Below the pieces are notes generated by a model. The model had not been told where the DNA came from and did not search any database. It saw nothing but the letters and a program-made list of their open reading frames with translations. Shown piece by piece: positions 11,040-23,432 of a stretch of DNA of 49,914 nucleotides. How positions within the stretch are numbered: position 1 is the stretch's first letter; each line of letters begins with the position of its first letter. Both the position numbers and the translations under genes were made by a program. Source of the DNA: Chiloscyllium plagiosum (Eukaryota); contig NW_025214993.1 in assembly GCF_004010195.1 (NCBI RefSeq), positions 1 to 49,914 of the forward strand, given 5' to 3'.

Positions 11040-13935
11040 TTCCAGAAATCCTTATTTATATTCAGCCCCTTGACTACCACAGCCTGATCTGGGAGGGAGT
11101 ACCCCTGGTTCGCCAGTCTCCGAGTGCAGGCAGTTATTCTCATCTCAATGCAAAGTGGCCAGTCTGTACCTAATATTGTGGCCCCTTGTTTTAGACTTCC
11201 CAGCCAGGGGAAATACCATCCCTGCTTCTAATCTGTCTCGCCCTGTCAGAGTGTTATATATTTCACTGAGATTTCCACTCATTTTCCAAAACCCCATTGA
11301 ATACAGGTCCAGTTGCTCCAAACGCTGCTCCCACAACAGGTCTGTCATCCCAGAGATCAGTCTGGTCATCCTTTGCTGCTCTCCCTCAATGTCTGGTTTG
11401 TCATCTGTTAGGAAAAGAGACCAAAACTTCACACAATGCTGCACAATGTTCGAGATGGGGTCTCACCAAGGCCCTGTACAGCTGCAGTAAGAATCATTTA
11501 CTCCTGTACTCAAATGCCCCTGAAATGAACGTGAATACAACATTTATCTTCCTTCCTGCTTTCTGCTCCTGCAATATTGCTTTAAGTGATTGGTGTACAG
11601 GGAGATCCAGATTCCTTTCAAAGTTACAGTTCCCCACCTGCTGGGCCTACATGCAATGGTCAACGTGCCAATGCCATTCCCAGTATTGACTTCTGGCTTC
11701 AGAACTCACTGCCACACATGGACTCGGAGGGCTATGCAGAAATAAACAAAAATGCAGCTTAAGTTCATTAATAGTGTAACATTTTTCAATCACTCCTTTT
11801 TCAAATGAGAGGCTGCCAGTCCATTGCTCCCATCAAAGTACACAACATCTCATCTCCCCCTTTACTGCCCACCTGCCACGTATTTGCCCAATCACTCCAC
11901 TTGTCTCAATAATCTTGGAACTTTTTTACATCCTCCTCATCCACTCACAGGATGACATCGTTTAGTGCTGTTGTCAGACTTGGGAATACTGCATTTGCGC
12001 CCCTCACCCAAAGATGTGATGTGCATTGGGAATAGCTTGAGCCCAAGACACGATCCTTACAATATCCTCCAAGCCTTCCATTTAAAAATAAATCATTGTT
12101 TTATTCCTACTCACTGTTTCCTGCCAGCTCTCCCATTCTAAATCTATGACCATGTATTCGCCCGAGACCCATAGGATTAGAATTTGCACAATAGGCTTGG
12201 GGCTTTATCAAAAATCTTTCTGATAATCCACTTGCATGGCATTGATACCTCCTACATAATTTTACTGAAAGCCACTTTCTCAAATATGATTCCCATTTCA
12301 TAAATCTCTGTTGACTTTGTCTATGTCCATTAATTTCAGTCCAATACTTTCTCTAAAGTGTTTAGTTGCTATTTTCTTCAATTCCCTTTTTCTCACAAGA
12401 CTAAAGTTCCCTAGTATTGCTAGGAAGTTTTCTTTTTTGTTTTGTTTTCTTCTGTGAAGGTATAACTAAAGTATTTGCTTCATAGTTCTGCTATTTCCCG
12501 GTCCTCAATTATCTGGTATCAGACTGTAAGAAATATGCAACTTGTTTCTCTTAATTTTGCCATTGACATACTTCCGGAAAATATTACAAGTTCTCTCTTA
12601 TCAACTTTGTTAAGATAATCTTCAGAAACCCATCAATTCCTACCTTCCACAGCCATACAATCACAGAAACACAGACTCTGTACTACCAGAAATACAGCAC
12701 AGTCTACATTCGGCCCACTTTCCGACACAAGACCTTAGCCGTGAATCTTAAAGCATTTGAAGTGCGCAACCGTGTCGTTTCTAATGGTGTGAGGTTACTA
12801 TGACAACTCCACTCTCAAGAAGTGCATTCCAGACCCCAACACGCTCTGGTTGAAAAACAATTCTCAAATCTTCACTAAACCGCAAATCCTTCACTTTTAA
12901 AGTGTGGCCCTTTGAGTAACAGCAACAACTGCTGTCTATCCACCTTGTCCGTGTACCTCGTAATCCTATCATTCTGAATCACAGACCTCGCAGCTTTCTC
13001 TCCTCCAAACTAAACAACCTGAGGTTATCCAGACTCTCTCCATAGCTGATATGCTCCATCCCAGGGAACACCTCTGCAACCCTCCACTACAATCACATCC
13101 TTCCTGTAATGTTGTTCTCAGACCTACACACAGTATTCCATCTTGCCCTCACCAAAGTTCCGCATAGTTCTTATAATCTATGCCTCGATTAATAAAGGCT
13201 ATGTTTACATTCCACTATCCTTTCCCAGATTGTGTATTAACCTGTGCAGTCACATTCAGCGATGTGTGGAGAAGCACCCTCTGAGCTTTCTAGTGTGCTG
13301 CCATTCATTGAGTACTCCCCTGACTGGTTCCTTCTTCCAAAGTGCATCACCTCATAATTACCAGGGTTACATTCCATCTGTCATTGATCCACACATCTGA
13401 CCATTCCATCAGTATCTGCCTGTAACATAAGGCCTTCTTCCTCACTGCCATCCACCCGGCCAATCTTTGTATCAAATACAAACTTATTTATTCCACACCC
13501 CACCCCTCGTCCATATTCACAGCTGCATCATTTATGAATACCACAAATAATAAGGATAAAAATCTCTCAACATCAGTTACATCACGTGGCTGTGCACGTT
13601 GATGAAGAAGCAGCGGTTTCGAAAGCTAGTGTTGCCGAATAAACCTGTTAGACTATGGTCTGGTGTTATGCTATTTTTAGATTTGTCCACCGCAGCCTAT
13701 CACTTGCACCTCCGAATCACAAATAATAAGGGACCCTGCACTGATGCCCGTGATGCAGCATTGGACACTAGCCCCCAGTGACACAAACAGCCTTCTACTA
13801 CTCCCCTCTTTCTCCTACGACTAAAGTTGATTTAAATGCAACTTGGCAAGTCACTAATGAGTCCTACGTGTTCACTGGTTATTCTGTTACGCTTCACACA
13901 CTTGTAGGTTATCTGGGGATTCTCTGTAATCTTGT
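11040..13935 (-). mobile_element. Cluster of degenerate CR1-clade LINE fragments
   Basis: ORF 11145-11444 reads HCVKFWS...EQQRMTRLISGM...RLEQLDLYS; further RT and 3'UTR remnants at 11780-12300 and 12650-13935. Confidence 0.75.
13556..13717 (+). mobile_element. 162-bp Penelope-derived short element with 14-bp TSD (CACAAATAATAAGG at 13542-13555 and 13718-13731) and a degenerate hammerhead core
   Basis: Exact flanking direct repeat inside a CR1 fragment; internal CAC-G-TTGATGA-AGAAGC-AGCG-GTTTC-GAAA-GCTA-GTG followed by AATAAACCTGTT. Confidence 0.82.
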
Positions 13936-14400
13936 CCATAAGACCATAAGACCATAAGACATAGGAGCGGAAATNNNNNNNNNNNNNNNNNNNNNNNNNN
14001 NNNNNNNNNNNNNNNNNNNNNNNNNNNNNNNNNNNNNNNNNNNNNNNNNNNNNNNNNNNNNNNNNNNNNNNNNNNNNNNNNNNNNNNNNNNNNNNGTTGG
14101 ACACGTTCCAGTGCCAGTATGTCCTTCCTGAGGTGTGCGGACCAAAACTGGACACAGTATTCCAAATGGGGCCTACCCAGAGCTCTATAAAGTCTCAGTA
14201 GTACAACGGTGCTTCTATATTCCAACCCTCTTGAGATAATTGACAACATTGGATTCGCTTTCTTAATCACGGACTCAAACTGCATGTTTACCTTTAGAGA
14301 ATCCTCAACAAGCACTCCCAGATCCGTCTGTACTTTGGCTTTCTGAATTTTCTCACCGTTTAGAAAGTAGTCCATGCTTGTATTCTTTTTTCTTTATTTA
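13935..14400 (-). mobile_element. Young CR1 LINE 3' end spanning a gap
   Basis: Open ORF 13887-14375: QTDLGVLV...LYRALGRPHLEYCVQFWSAHLRKDILALERVQ; (CCATAAGA)n tail at 13935-13962. Confidence 0.9.
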
Positions 14401-15944
14401 TTTTGCCCTGCCTTGGCCCTGTGTTAGTCAGTCCCCTCCACGCGTAGCATTTCCTCCTTATTGCAGTCTTAAAAGGTTTGTCCCTTATCCTGTAATTATT
14501 TGCCTTGAATGTGGATTAGACAGCCTGATAAATTTTCTGTTAATTTCCAACTTGCCGTATATTTTGTGAGTTTTATAAAGTTCACAGTGATCCACCGCTG
14601 ATTCGTTCAAACTCTAGAGAACATAGGCCGAGTTTCCTTATCACGCAATCTCGCCATCTGAGGGATTTATCTGGATAATGTCCATTACACTACCTCTGTG
14701 GTCAGTATATTCTTTCTTAGATTTGGTCACCAAACCTGTTCTCAACACTCCAGGTACAGTCTCACCAACACTCTGTGAAACTGCTTCAACATGTCTTTAC
14801 ATCTATATTCTGACTCCCTTAAAGGAAGGCAAACCAAACTTTAAGTTTTCACTTACATATATTCCTCCAAATACCCTTCATATCATTGCATTTTCGAACT
14901 CACTGTGTGAGTTCTTATAGAAAGCCTTCTGATAATCTAAAATCTACACCAATTCTACTGGTACCCTATTATCTCTGCTGTAAGAATCAACTTCAAACAA
15001 TTCTAAAATTTGTCAAGTATGATTTCCCTTTCAAAAACGCATACTGAGTCTCTCAAAGTTTGCTGTTAATGTCTAAATATCCAATATCACATCCTATATA
15101 ATATATTCCAACAATTCCCCGACAAATGTCAAGTTAATTTGTCAGCAGTTCTCCACATTATCTCTTCTTCTCTTTGTAGATGCTTGGATCCCTACCATTC
15201 ATCTATAGTGCTTGGATCACGTTTACTAATGCGCATCTATCAACACCAGCTTCCAGACTCTGCAAAATGTACAGGAAAATAGAACGCAGTCATCGACCAT
15301 GCAATCAATACTTCTATTTGTGATTTATTTCTGAAGATTTTGCTGTGGAGTACATCTGGTTTGTCAAGCTTAGCAATGCTCAATCCAGCTGCATGTTCAA
15401 TATTGCCTTGTTACTGATATGAATTGNNNNNNNNNNNNNNNNNNNNNNNNNNNNNNNNNNNNNNNNNNNNNNNNNNNNNNNNNNNNNNNNNNNNNNNNNN
15501 NNNNNNNNNNNNNNNNNNNNNNNNNNNNNNNNNNNNNNNNNNNNNNNNNNNNNNNNNNNNNNNNNNNNNNNNNNNNNNNNNNNNNNNNNNNNNNNNNNNN
15601 NNNNNNNNNNNNNNNNNNNNNNNNNNNNNNNNNNNNNNNNNNNNNNNNNNNNNNNNNNNNNNNNNNNNNNNNNNNNNNNNNNNNNNNNNNNNNNNNNNNN
15701 NNNNNNNNNNNNNNNNNNNNNNNNNNNNNNNNNNNNNNNNNNNNNNNNNNNNNNNNNNNNNNNNNNNNNNNNNNNNNNNNNNNNNNNNNNNNNNNNNNNN
15801 NNNNNNNNNNNNNNNNNNNNNNNNNNNNNNNNNNNNNNNNNNNNNNNNNNNNNNNNNNNNNNNNNNNNNNNNNNNNNNNNNNNNNNNNNNNNNNNNNNNN
15901 NNNNNNNNNNNNNNNNNNNNNNNNNNNNNNNNNNNNNNNNNNAT

Positions 15945-17105
15945 TTGGCAAGGCAGGGTGTGATTATGAGCAGTCAGCACATCTTTGTGCATGGGGGATC
16001 ATGGCTCAAACATTTGTGAGAGTGCTTTGGTGAAATGACCAGTAACTTTGACAAGGGCATGGTGGTATACGTAGTGTATATGGATTTCAGTGAGGCCTTC
16101 ATTAAGGTTCCACATGGTAGGCTGCTCTGGAAGTTTAGATCATATGGAATTGAGGCGGAGCTGGCAAATCAGATCCAAAATTTGCTTGATGTTAGGAAAC
16201 ATAGAGTAATAGTGGAAGCATGCTTGTTGGACTGAAGGCCTGTGATGAGTGGAATGCCTCAGGAGTCGGTCATGGGACTATTACTGTTTGTTTTATCCAT
16301 GTATGTTGTATATATATTTACAGATAAGTGTCAGTTCTTGCATTTTAGAAAGTCAAATCAAGGTGAATGACAGGGTCTTAAGGAGTGTATTGAGACAAAG
16401 GGACCTTGGAATCCAGGTTCAAGGTTCTCTGAAAGTGCAGTCACAGGTAGATAGGGCAGTGAAAAGGCATTTGGCACACTGGCCTTCATCAGTCAGAATA
16501 ATGAGTGTCGAAATTAGGGAGTTATGTTGCAGTTATACAGGATACTGGTGAGGCAATACTGGTAGTGTTATGTTCAGTGTTGTTCACTTTGCTATAGAAA
16601 GAATGTTATTAAACTGGAAATAGTGCAGAAGAGATTTACAAGGATGATGCCCAGACTCAATGGTCTGAGATATAGTGAGAGGTTGGTCAAGCTAGGAGTT
16701 TTTACTTTAGAGTATATGAGACTGAGAGGGATCTGATAGAAGTGTATAGGGTCATGGGAAGCATGGATAGAGTGAATGCACTCAGTCTTTTTTGCCACAG
16801 GATTGAGCAACCCACGGACTAGAGGGCATCAATTTAAGATCCGAGGGGAAAGAGTAAAAGGGAAACTGAGGGGCAATTTCTTTTACACACAGGGTGGTAT
16901 ACACATGGACTGAGCTGCCAGCAGAAGTGGTTGAGGGAAGTACATTCACAAAATTTGAAAATCATTTGGACAAATACACGGATAGGAAAGAATAAGAAGG
17001 ACATGGGGCAAGGGCAGGGAAATGGGGTTAATGTGAATGGACATTTTGTTTGGAATGGACCAGTTTGGGCTGAAGGGCCTCCGTGCTGTCGGACTCTATG
17101 ACTCT
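15945..17105 (+). mobile_element. CR1 LINE RT and 3' end
   Basis: VVYMDFSEAFIKVPHGRLLWK, QRDLGIQVQGSLKV, tail GACTCTATGACTCT. Confidence 0.88.
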
Positions 17106-17489
17106 CACAATCATTGCTTCTCCCATTGAATGTTATATTATACTTCCCCAATTCATTGGAGCGTACTTGACCCTCTAGCCTCCGGACTTCCATGATGTTT
17201 GACCAGAATGTTCAAACATTCGATATTGTATTCAGACGCCGTGTAAAAATGCAACATATTGATGTCACTATTCCTCCAAAGCTGCTTCAGAGCAAGGTTA
17301 TTAATCAGTCCTCCTGACAACACAACACCAAATCTGAAATAACCTGCTCTCTAATTTGGTTCACAACATACTGTTCAACCTACCTAATACACACCTACGG
17401 AAATTTTCTTTCACAGTATTAGTAGTCACTGCAGTTTTGGTACAACTTGAGACCATCCATTCTTTCTGCAGCACCCACGATTATTTGTG

Positions 17490-17820
17490 ACTCATTCACA
17501 GGATGAGGGCCTCGCTGGATAACCAGTATTTATTGCCCATGCCAGAGGGCAGTTAAAAGTCAGCAGCGTTGTCTTGAGTCTAGAGTCACATGCAGGCCAC
17601 ATCAGGTAAGGACAGCAGTATCCTTCCCTCAAGGACATCAGTGAACCAGATGAGTTTTTCCAACAATCGACAATGGATTCTTGGTCATCACAAACCCTTG
17701 ATTCCAGATACATAATGAATTCAAATTCCAGCATGGCATGATTTGAATTCATGTCCCCAGAATATTACCTGGGTCTCTGGGTTAAGAGCCCAGCGATAAT
17801 ATCACTGTGTCATTGCTCCC
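17490..17820 (-). mobile_element. Shark SINE-like repeat (second family)
   Basis: CAGAGGGCAGTTAAAAGTCA...TCTAGAGTCACATGCAGGCCACATCAGGTAAGGA; related copy at 19190-19490. Confidence 0.65.
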
Positions 17821-18109
17821 CCTTGCATATACTTACATACCTAATTTCCATAGCATATGTTGTAAAGTCTTTACGTGACAGATTTGGTTTCGATGTATAA
17901 CACACTAATGTTTGCTTCACCTTGCTATTTGTAAAATCCACCCAAACTGATTCTGTGGGAAGTGATGGAAAGAGTCTGTGGCGTTATTACCGATAGACTT
18001 GGACAAGACGTTCAGGGAGACTCACCTCAACGCTGAGATAATCTGAAGAATTGGTCAGCAATACAGGACAAGCATCAATATTCTTTCCCCCCACTTTGCC
18101 AGGATAAGT

Positions 18110-18348
18110 GTCACCATATTTTTCTGCTCCCTCGCACTGACTGTATATCTTTAAAACACCTAGCCCCGAACAAGGCTCACAATCTATCTGCAAATAAGGC
18201 TCCAGCACGACTACACTCACTGTTGAATTCAGCACCTTCCTTCCCCCACTTTTTCTGTCCCTGACGCAATAGCACCGCACACTAATACCACTGCATGTAT
18301 ACAACACTGTGGTCAGACTCCCTCCGGACATCTCACCCTTCCCCCTTC
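18110..18348. repeat. ~240-bp direct duplicate of 21215-21454, running into a gap
   Basis: Near-identical sequence; both copies give the identical peptide GGRKVLNSTVSVVVLEPYLQIDCEPCSG in the ORF track. Confidence 0.93.
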
Positions 18349-20119
18349 NNNNNNNNNNNNNNNNNNNNNNNNNNNNNNNNNNNNNNNNNNNNNNNNNNNN
18401 NNNNNNNNNNNNNNNNNNNNNNNNNNNNNNNNNNNNNNNNNNNNNNNNNNNNNNNNNNNNNNNNNNNNNNNNNNNNNNNNNNNNNNNNNNNNNNNNNNNN
18501 NNNNNNNNNNNNNNNNNNNNNNNNNNNNNNNNNNNNNNNNNNNNNNNNNNNNNNNNNNNNNNNNNNNNNNNNNNNNNNNNNNNNNNNNNNNNNNNNNNNN
18601 NNNNNNNNNNNNNNNNNNNNNNNNNNNNNNNNNNNNNNNNNNNNNNNNNNNNNNNNNNNNNNNNNNNNNNNNNNNNNNNNNNNNNNNNNNNNNNNNNNNN
18701 NNNNNNNNNNNNNNNNNNNNNNNNNNNNNNNNNNNNNNNNNNNNNNNNNNNNNNNNNNNNNNNNNNNNNNNNNNNNNNNNNNNNNNNNNNNNNNNNNNNN
18801 NNNNNNNNNNNNNNNNNNNNNNNNNNNNNNNNNNNNNNNNNNNNNNNNNNNNNNNNGAGAAAGCAGAACATCCAGAGAACGTACAAACTCCACAAACTCT
18901 GAGGCGAGAATCAAAACTTGTAGTCGTGCCCATAACTACACTATTGCAACGTTATGTTCGACACTTCTCCTTTCCAAAATATACACATACTCAATTTGCA
19001 TCTTTTTTGACTCAAACGAATTTAATGTCAAAATAACTAACACAAGTATTAACATAGCTCCCTTGATGTACTTTCATGACTGTTTGTTTCAGTTACTATG
19101 AAACAACGTGGAATCTTGTGAACGTGCCAGTTCGCCTCCGTCATTTTTTTTTCCCATTCATGCAGCAGACGAGGTTGTGGTTGATGAGGTCATCATTTAT
19201 GGCCAATCTGTAACTGCCAAGAAGCCAGTTACGAATCAACTACATTGTTGTGGGTCTGGATTCACATGCATGCCAGGGCAGGTAAAGACAAAAGTAGCCC
19301 TCTCTAGAGACGATTCCTCACATAGACTTTTGTCCTGAATACTGATAATTGATTCATGAATATATTAAAAGTTTAATTCCAGATTTTTGGAATAAGTTTT
19401 AACTTTCTGCGGGAATTCCAGCTTTGCGTCCCCAGAATGCTGCCTGCGTCTCTGGATTAAATATCCAAATATAATACCACCAGGCCATCACCTCTTCCTT
19501 ATCTTGGGTTATTGTTTCCTCATACTTGGGTCTCTTCTCTGTACATGACAACACCAATAACGAAAGATAAACTTGTTCTCAGCTGTTCATTTAGCGTCAT
19601 CTTCACCAATCCAATAAAATCTGCTGCAATTATTTTTAAAAAATCTTTGTGACACTTTTCTGTCAACTTTACCTTTCACACTACAACGACAGATCCATTA
19701 TGTCCCAGACATTATTCGTGATTAATGATTTTGTTCAACTTCAACACACTCAATAGATTTTCAAAGAACATTCACGGGCATTTCCACAACTTCTGCTTTT
19801 TAAAATACCTAGTGTTGCGATCACTTGCGCCGACAGTGTCGAAACAACAGAGATTCCACATTATTGGAAGAAAATAATAGTTTATTTGTGAGCTTGCATA
19901 TTATACTGAATGTCATCTAAATCGGAATAGGGTTGCAAAATCGAGATGATATTCAATCTTAAAATTTGGTCATCGGCAATGAGAGGACTTTGTTTTTTAA
20001 AAGACCCTTTGCTGGACAGCGATCTATTCTGATGAATGCATCGCATTCTCATGTCACTACTTTCTTCATTATCATTAAGTGGGTGACATGAACGTGCATG
20101 AGTCACTGAACATGACACA

Positions 20120-21210
20120 TCAAAATACAAGAAGCAAATAAAACTGCTGCAGAGTAACATTTGACCCTTCAAACCTTCGTGGCTCCACATCCACTGTCTA
20201 AATCTGTCACCGATTTTCTAAGAGTCTGTGTCACATCGGTCCCAGCCCAGTCATGCATCTATCCAGGTGCGTCTTGAAAGATACTATCTTGCTCGCCGCT
20301 GTCACTTCCACTGACAACGCATTTTAGGCATCCATCACCTTCTGTGTTTCGAATCTTCCATGCATATCTCCCCTAAACGTTGCCCCTGTCACTTTGAACC
20401 CATGACCCCCAATAATTCAGCCCCCCATTTCTGAGAAAGATCTTCTTGCTATCCACCTTGTGCATAACTCTCGTTATTGTGTGGACCTCAATCAGTTCCC
20501 TCCTCAACCTTTGTCTTCCTAATCAAAATAATCCTTATCGACCCAATCTGTCTTCATAGCTGGCGACCTCCATATCAGGCAAATCCTGGAGAATGTCCTC
20601 TCTGCAAAGCATCCATATCGTTTTGGTAATTTGGCAAGGAGAACTGTCTGCAATATTACAAATGTGATCGAACCAATGTCTGAAATAACTATAAGGTGAC
20701 CTGTCAAATTTTGTACTCAGTATCCCGTCTGATGAAGGCCTCACAGACCACTCTATTGACCTGTGTTGCCACCTTCAGGGAACAATGGAACTGAACACCC
20801 AGATCTCTCCTTACATCAATTTTCTCCAGGAGATTTCCATTTATTGTATAGTTCGCTCCTGAACAGGATCTGCCAAAATGCATCACCTTGCATTTTCCCG
20901 AATTGAACTCTGTCTGCCAATTCCCTTCCCAACTGTCCAACCTATCTGCATTTGGCTGTATTCTCCGACGGTTCCCTTCATTATTTGCAGCTTTACCAAT
21001 CTGCTTCATCTACAATCGTGGCAGTCAGACCATCTACACCTTCCTCCAAATCATGTATGTTTGTAGCACAAACTCCACTAGTCTCATGTCTCCATTCTGA
21101 GAACGTCCATTCTACTATTGCTCTTTGTTTCCTGTGGCCCACCCAGTTCTTTTTAGATCTACCTTGTACACCATGGTCACCATTCGACTTCACCTTCTCC
21201 AGAACCCTTA
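20120..21210 (-). mobile_element. CR1 LINE RT and 3' end
   Basis: DRLDSWEGNWQTEFNSGKCKVMHFGR...RDLGVQFHCSLKVATQVNRVV. Confidence 0.88.
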
Positions 21211-21900
21211 CATGGTCACCATATTTTTCTGCTCCCTCGCACTCACTGTATATCTTTAAAACACCTACCCCCGAACAAGGCTCACAATCTATCTGCAAAT
21301 AAGGCTCCAGCACGACTACACTCACTGTTGAATTCAGCACCTTCCTTCCCCCACGTTTTTCTGTCACTGACGCAATAGCCCCGCATACTAATACCACTGC
21401 ATGGATACAACACTGTGGTCAGACTCCCTCCGGACATCTCACCCTTCCCCCTTCACCTATACCAGCATTAATAGCAGGGACACCCACTCCAACCCTCACT
21501 CCGTCCCTCCTCTTCTCCCATTCCAGGAGAAACTTCCTGGAATAGGACATAAAAGGCCAAGCCGGGTGTTAGAGTGCCCGATATCCGTTACCTCACCCTT
21601 TACTTCGACATGTGGGGAGGATCCTGGAAAGAGCCAGAGAGGACCAGGACACATTGTGTGGAGATTCTGAAACATCCATGTCCCACCAATCAAGTAAGCA
21701 TCAATGTTCAGTAATGAGCAATTCTCAATTTAAACTCGCTGGCATTTCCAATCTCATCTCTCTCACTTTTCAGGCTTAGTTAAAAGCATTAATGAAAGAC
21801 TAAAAATAAAAATAATGCTTATTCTCTTCAGTAAAAATGTTAAAAAGAAAAAGATAAACAATATAAGTTCATTACGAAAAATCTAAAACATGACGTTAAT

Positions 21901-22428
21901 TCAATATTTTGGGCAATCCTCGTAAATACTCGTCATAATTTCTCTCACTAAATCTTCGTACGAGTGTTTGTATTCTAGCATCTGCTTCTTTAATTCCAAC
22001 GGAATATCGTGCCCTGCTACGGGATGCTCACAGTAAATGTCCCTTCCTCTCTGAACTTTGCGTAAACTGTCAATATATTTCCAAATAACTGGATGTTTCA
22101 CATCAAGTTCGCACTGTCATCTCCTGTGGGCAGCTTCTGCATTATTGTTTGTTTTGTCCTCATTGTTTAAGGTTCTTTCATATTAATTCCACATTCCAAC
22201 TGGAAAAAGCGGTGAACGCCGACCATTTCCTCTGTGTAATCTTCTACCTCCATAGTTATCCTCGAACCAGTCCAGCAGCGGCTGGAATTCATCTGGACGT
22301 GCATCAGTCAAATGTTCAATAGCTTCATGAATGTTTTCAATCTGAATAAATGCAAGATCAACGATCATTTTAACTCTGAAAGAAAACTCTGAGTCAATGT
22401 TATACTTATTCAAGTGTCTTGTTGACAT
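21901..22428 (-). pseudogene. Mutator-like (MULE) DDE transposase C-terminal relic
   Basis: One frame with two internal stops: LAFIQ...LLDWFEDNYGGRRLHRGNGRRSPLFPVGMWN*YERTLNNEDKTNNNAEAAHRR*QCELDVKHPVIWKYIDSLRKVQRGRD. Matches the MULE motifs YFEDxYxG, PLFPxxxWN, TNNxxE and HPxIWxFI. Confidence 0.85.
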
Positions 22429-22512
22429 TTTTACTGAAGGGAATAAACATCATTTTTATTTTTATTGCTTTGATTAATGCTTTTATCTAAGCCTGAAAAG
22501 GGATAAATATGA

Positions 22513-22590
22513 GCTGTGCTGAAATAGTTCTGCGCCTAAATGGGTCTGCGGCAAAATGGGCTGCACCAAACAGTCCGCACCAAACAGAAT
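22513..22590 (+). repeat. Five degenerate ~15-bp tandem units, probable MULE terminal or subterminal repeats
   Basis: CTGTGCTGAAATAGTT / CTGCGCCTAAATGGGT / CTGCGGCAAAATGGG / CTGCACCAAACAGT / CCGCACCAAACAG, next to the transposase relic. Confidence 0.6.
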
Positions 22591-22859
22591 GAAGTACTCA
22601 GTAAATTATACAGCACAGGGGGACGCCATATAACCATCCCAGGCTGTTATGCAGAAGCAGAGACGCCCTGGGTAGCTGTCAGGAAATACAGAGTATAGAT
22701 CATTACTCATTTTGTGTTTGGAAAGCTGTAACGAGTGGAATTCTTCTGGGATCTGTGTGAGGTCATCAACAAATTACAATCTATTATAATGAACCGGATG
22801 AAGGAGATGGAGCTCAGTTTTCTCAGGCACCAGGATAGCCATTCAATAAGGTGTCAAAT

Positions 22860-23050
22860 AGAGACAGAGCGTCTGCAATGGGATACAGACAGGGGAGGGC
22901 ATACAGACGGATGAAGGCAGTGCGTCTGTAATGGTATACAGACGGAAGAGGGCAGAGTGTCTACAATGGGATACAGACAGGAGGAGGGCAGAGCGTCTGC
23001 AATGGGATACAGACAGGGGAGGGCACAGCAACAAGCAATGGCATACAGAC
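22860..23050 (+). repeat. ~35-bp minisatellite (GTCTGCAATGGGATACAGACAGGGGAGGGCAGAGC)n
   Basis: About five imperfect units visible directly. Confidence 0.88.
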
Positions 23051-23432
23051 AGAGGATGGCTGTGAGCAAAGCTTTAGCTGAAAAAAAAACAGTACAATAT
23101 ATATAAGATGGAAATTTTCTGTTTTGTGGAAAAGACGAAACAGCAGAAAATTATTTAAATGCAAGGCGAATGCAGAACTCATTGTTACAGATGGATTTGG
23201 GTGTCTTAGTAAGTGCTTCTGCAATGGGATACAGACTGGGGAGGGCACAGCAACAAGCAATGGCATACAGACAGAGGATGGCTGTGAGCAAAGCGTCAGC
23301 AGATAAAAAACAGTACAATATATATATGATGGAAATTTTCTGTTTTGTGGAAAAGACGAAACAGCAGAAAATTATTTAAATGCAAGGCGAATGCAGAACT
23401 CATTGTTACAGATGGATTTGGGTGTCTTAGTA
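22997..23432. repeat. ~220-bp tandem duplication (22997-23211, 23219-23432)
   Basis: CTGCAATGGGATACAGAC...GATGGATTTGGGTGTCTTAGTA occurs twice. Confidence 0.93.

Noticed and set aside
19560..20110. AT-rich stretch with faint endonuclease-like words (FVIGVVMYR) on minus
   Set aside because: Too many stops in all frames to assign; at most an ancient TE remnant.
22860..23050. ~35-bp regularly spaced repeats superficially like a CRISPR array
   Set aside because: No unique spacers, no cas genes, eukaryotic LINE-derived context.
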